Below, in pieces: positions 61,985 to 63,849 of a DNA stretch of 63,849 nucleotides. This stretch comes from Gracilinanus agilis (Eukaryota), in the NCBI RefSeq assembly GCF_016433145.1, contig NC_058131.1:556366887-556430735 (forward strand), read 5' to 3'. The translations under genes and the position numbers were made by a program. The notes beneath the pieces are model-generated. The model saw only the letters and a list, made by a program, of their open reading frames with translations, ran no database searches and was not told the DNA's origin. Numbering within the stretch: position 1 is the stretch's first letter; each line of letters begins with the position of its first letter.

Positions 61985-63849
61985 ACATAATAGTCTAATA
62001 CACATTACTAAGAAAGAACTATATAAGGAAAATTATATCCAGGAGAAGAAAATCACCAACAATGGCAAATCCTAGAGAGAGATCAAGAAGGGTGAGGATT
62101 GGGAAGAAACTATTACACATGAAAATTAAAGTATCATTGGTAACTACTAAAATTAATAGAAATTCAGGGATTTTTCCCTCAGAGTAAAAAAGTACACAAC
62201 TGAAGTCAATATTTAATTTAATAATAACTGGAAATGAAGAAGTCAAAATACCATAATAAATGTACATCATTGTACATTTAGAAAACCAAAATATTTGGAC
62301 AAAATGATTATGGAGAGGATACATGATTTGAGCAAAGTCTCAGGAAATAATATTAACCCATAAGAATAATTTGAATTTTAAAAATAAAGATTTAGAAAAT
62401 ATCATAAAAAGAGATTCTATTTATAACAACAAAAAGACTAGCAACTATTTGAGAATTGATCCATCTAAATATACACAAGGTCTTTACAAAAACAAGTATA
62501 AAATTCTACTAAAGGATATAAATATACACCAGTAATAGGAAGGAAACTCGATGTTTATGGATGTGTTAGATTAATGTAATAATACCATCCTAGTTAGGTT
62601 AAGTCAATTACCTTTAGTCTCTTTTCACCACAATCCATCTTCCACCCTGATGCTAATGCAAATTTCCTAAAGAATAAATATGACTATGTCAGCCCCCTTC
62701 TAAGTAAACTCTAATGATTCCCTATTTTCTCTAGGTTTAAAAATAAACTCTTCCTTTTGGCATTAAAATCTTTTCATAATCCTCATCTGATTTCATCCTA
62801 TATCTCAAGACTTTTAATTTGTTACTAATAATATTATCTACTATATGTTGATCACCTAACCTATTCTATTGATCTAATACTTTAGTTCTTAACCAGTGCC
62901 AGAATGTTTTGATGATTATGATTTTATAGTATAGTTTGAGATCTGGTATGCTTAGGCCTCTTTCCTTCATAATTTTTCATTAGTTCTCTTGATATTCTTG
63001 ACCTTTTGTTTTTCCAGATGAATTTTTTTCCCTAGTTCTAAGAAATAATTTTTGAGTAGTTTTATTGGCATAGCCCTGAATAAGTAAATTAATTTAGGTT
63101 GCTTCATTGAGATTTTTTACCTTCTTTTCCATTAGGCCAGTTCTACTTTTTGAGGTATTGTGGGTTTTTTTCTATTTTTTTGTGCTTCCTTTACCAACCT
63201 GTTGATTCTTTTTTCATGATTCTCTTGTATCCACTCTTTCTTTTCCCAATTTTTCTTCTACCTGTATCATTTGTTTTTACATCTTTTTTCAGATCCTTTA
63301 GGAATTCTTTTTTATGCCTGAGACACATTTTTTGAGGCTTTGCCTATAGACATTTTCTCATTGTTTCCTTCTGAGTTTGTATTTTAGTATTCCTTGTCAC
63401 CATTGTAACTTTATATGGCCAGGTTCTTTTTTAAAATTTCTTACGCCCTTTTTAGCCTGTTTTATGACTTTTAACTTTCTGTTAAAGTTGGGCTCTGCTT
63501 TTGGTGGGGAGGAGTCATTATTCCAAGCTTCAAATTTTTATGATACTGTTTTCAAAAGCAGATTTAGGGTTCTATACATTTTTAGTACTTGCAAGGAGAT
63601 ATGATCTAAGGAGAGGTGTGGTCATTGTTCTTAGAAAGTGCTCTGGTCTGTGAGGGTCTACAGTCACTCCTTTCCATTCTGGAAGTAACCAAATCCATGC
63701 TCCACTGAAGTTACATGCTCTAGTGCTTGTCCTCACTCTCAGACTACAACCTAAGCCTGGGACCTGGATTTACATATAGGCAATGATAGAGTCCTACGCC
63801 CATAACCAGAAAAGTGTCTTCTGTAATTTCCTTTTGACCAATTGTATGT
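61985..63849. mobile_element. L1 ORF2 fragment (+, ~61985-62580), L2 piece (+, ~62620-62860) and antisense L1 fragments (-, ~62870-63849)
   Basis: Degenerate L1 and L2 motifs. Confidence 0.6.

Noticed and set aside
1-63849. CRISPR arrays, rRNA, bona fide tRNA genes, prokaryotic systems
   Set aside because: None seen; the tRNA-like boxes belong to SINE heads.

Overview
Eukaryotic, AT-rich, CpG-poor marsupial DNA. The SINE1_Mdo-, MAR1- and L1_Mdo-type repeats point to a didelphid opossum such as Monodelphis (inference). The window is part of a class II olfactory receptor cluster with four intact, intronless OR4K-family ORFs on the minus strand: an OR4K1 orthologue, an OR4K5 orthologue, and two OR4K15-related paralogues. 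The rest is largely layered transposons: L1, L2, MIR/MAR1, SINE1, about eight LTR-derived pieces and hAT MITEs. There is one assembly gap. The main non-routine object is an ~8 kb defective class I (gamma/epsilon-like) endogenous retrovirus at 3269-11244 (-). It splits a SINE, has only its 3' LTR and has no env. Its Gag, once one homopolymer frameshift is repaired, begins with a hydrophobic signal-anchor-like segment instead of a myristoylated matrix, and no late domain is visible. This resembles the intracellular lifestyle of mouse IAP elements, but in a class I marsupial lineage; it is a hypothesis from a single decayed copy. Family names are recalled from known consensus sequences, not from a database search. 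Boundaries of old repeats are approximate.
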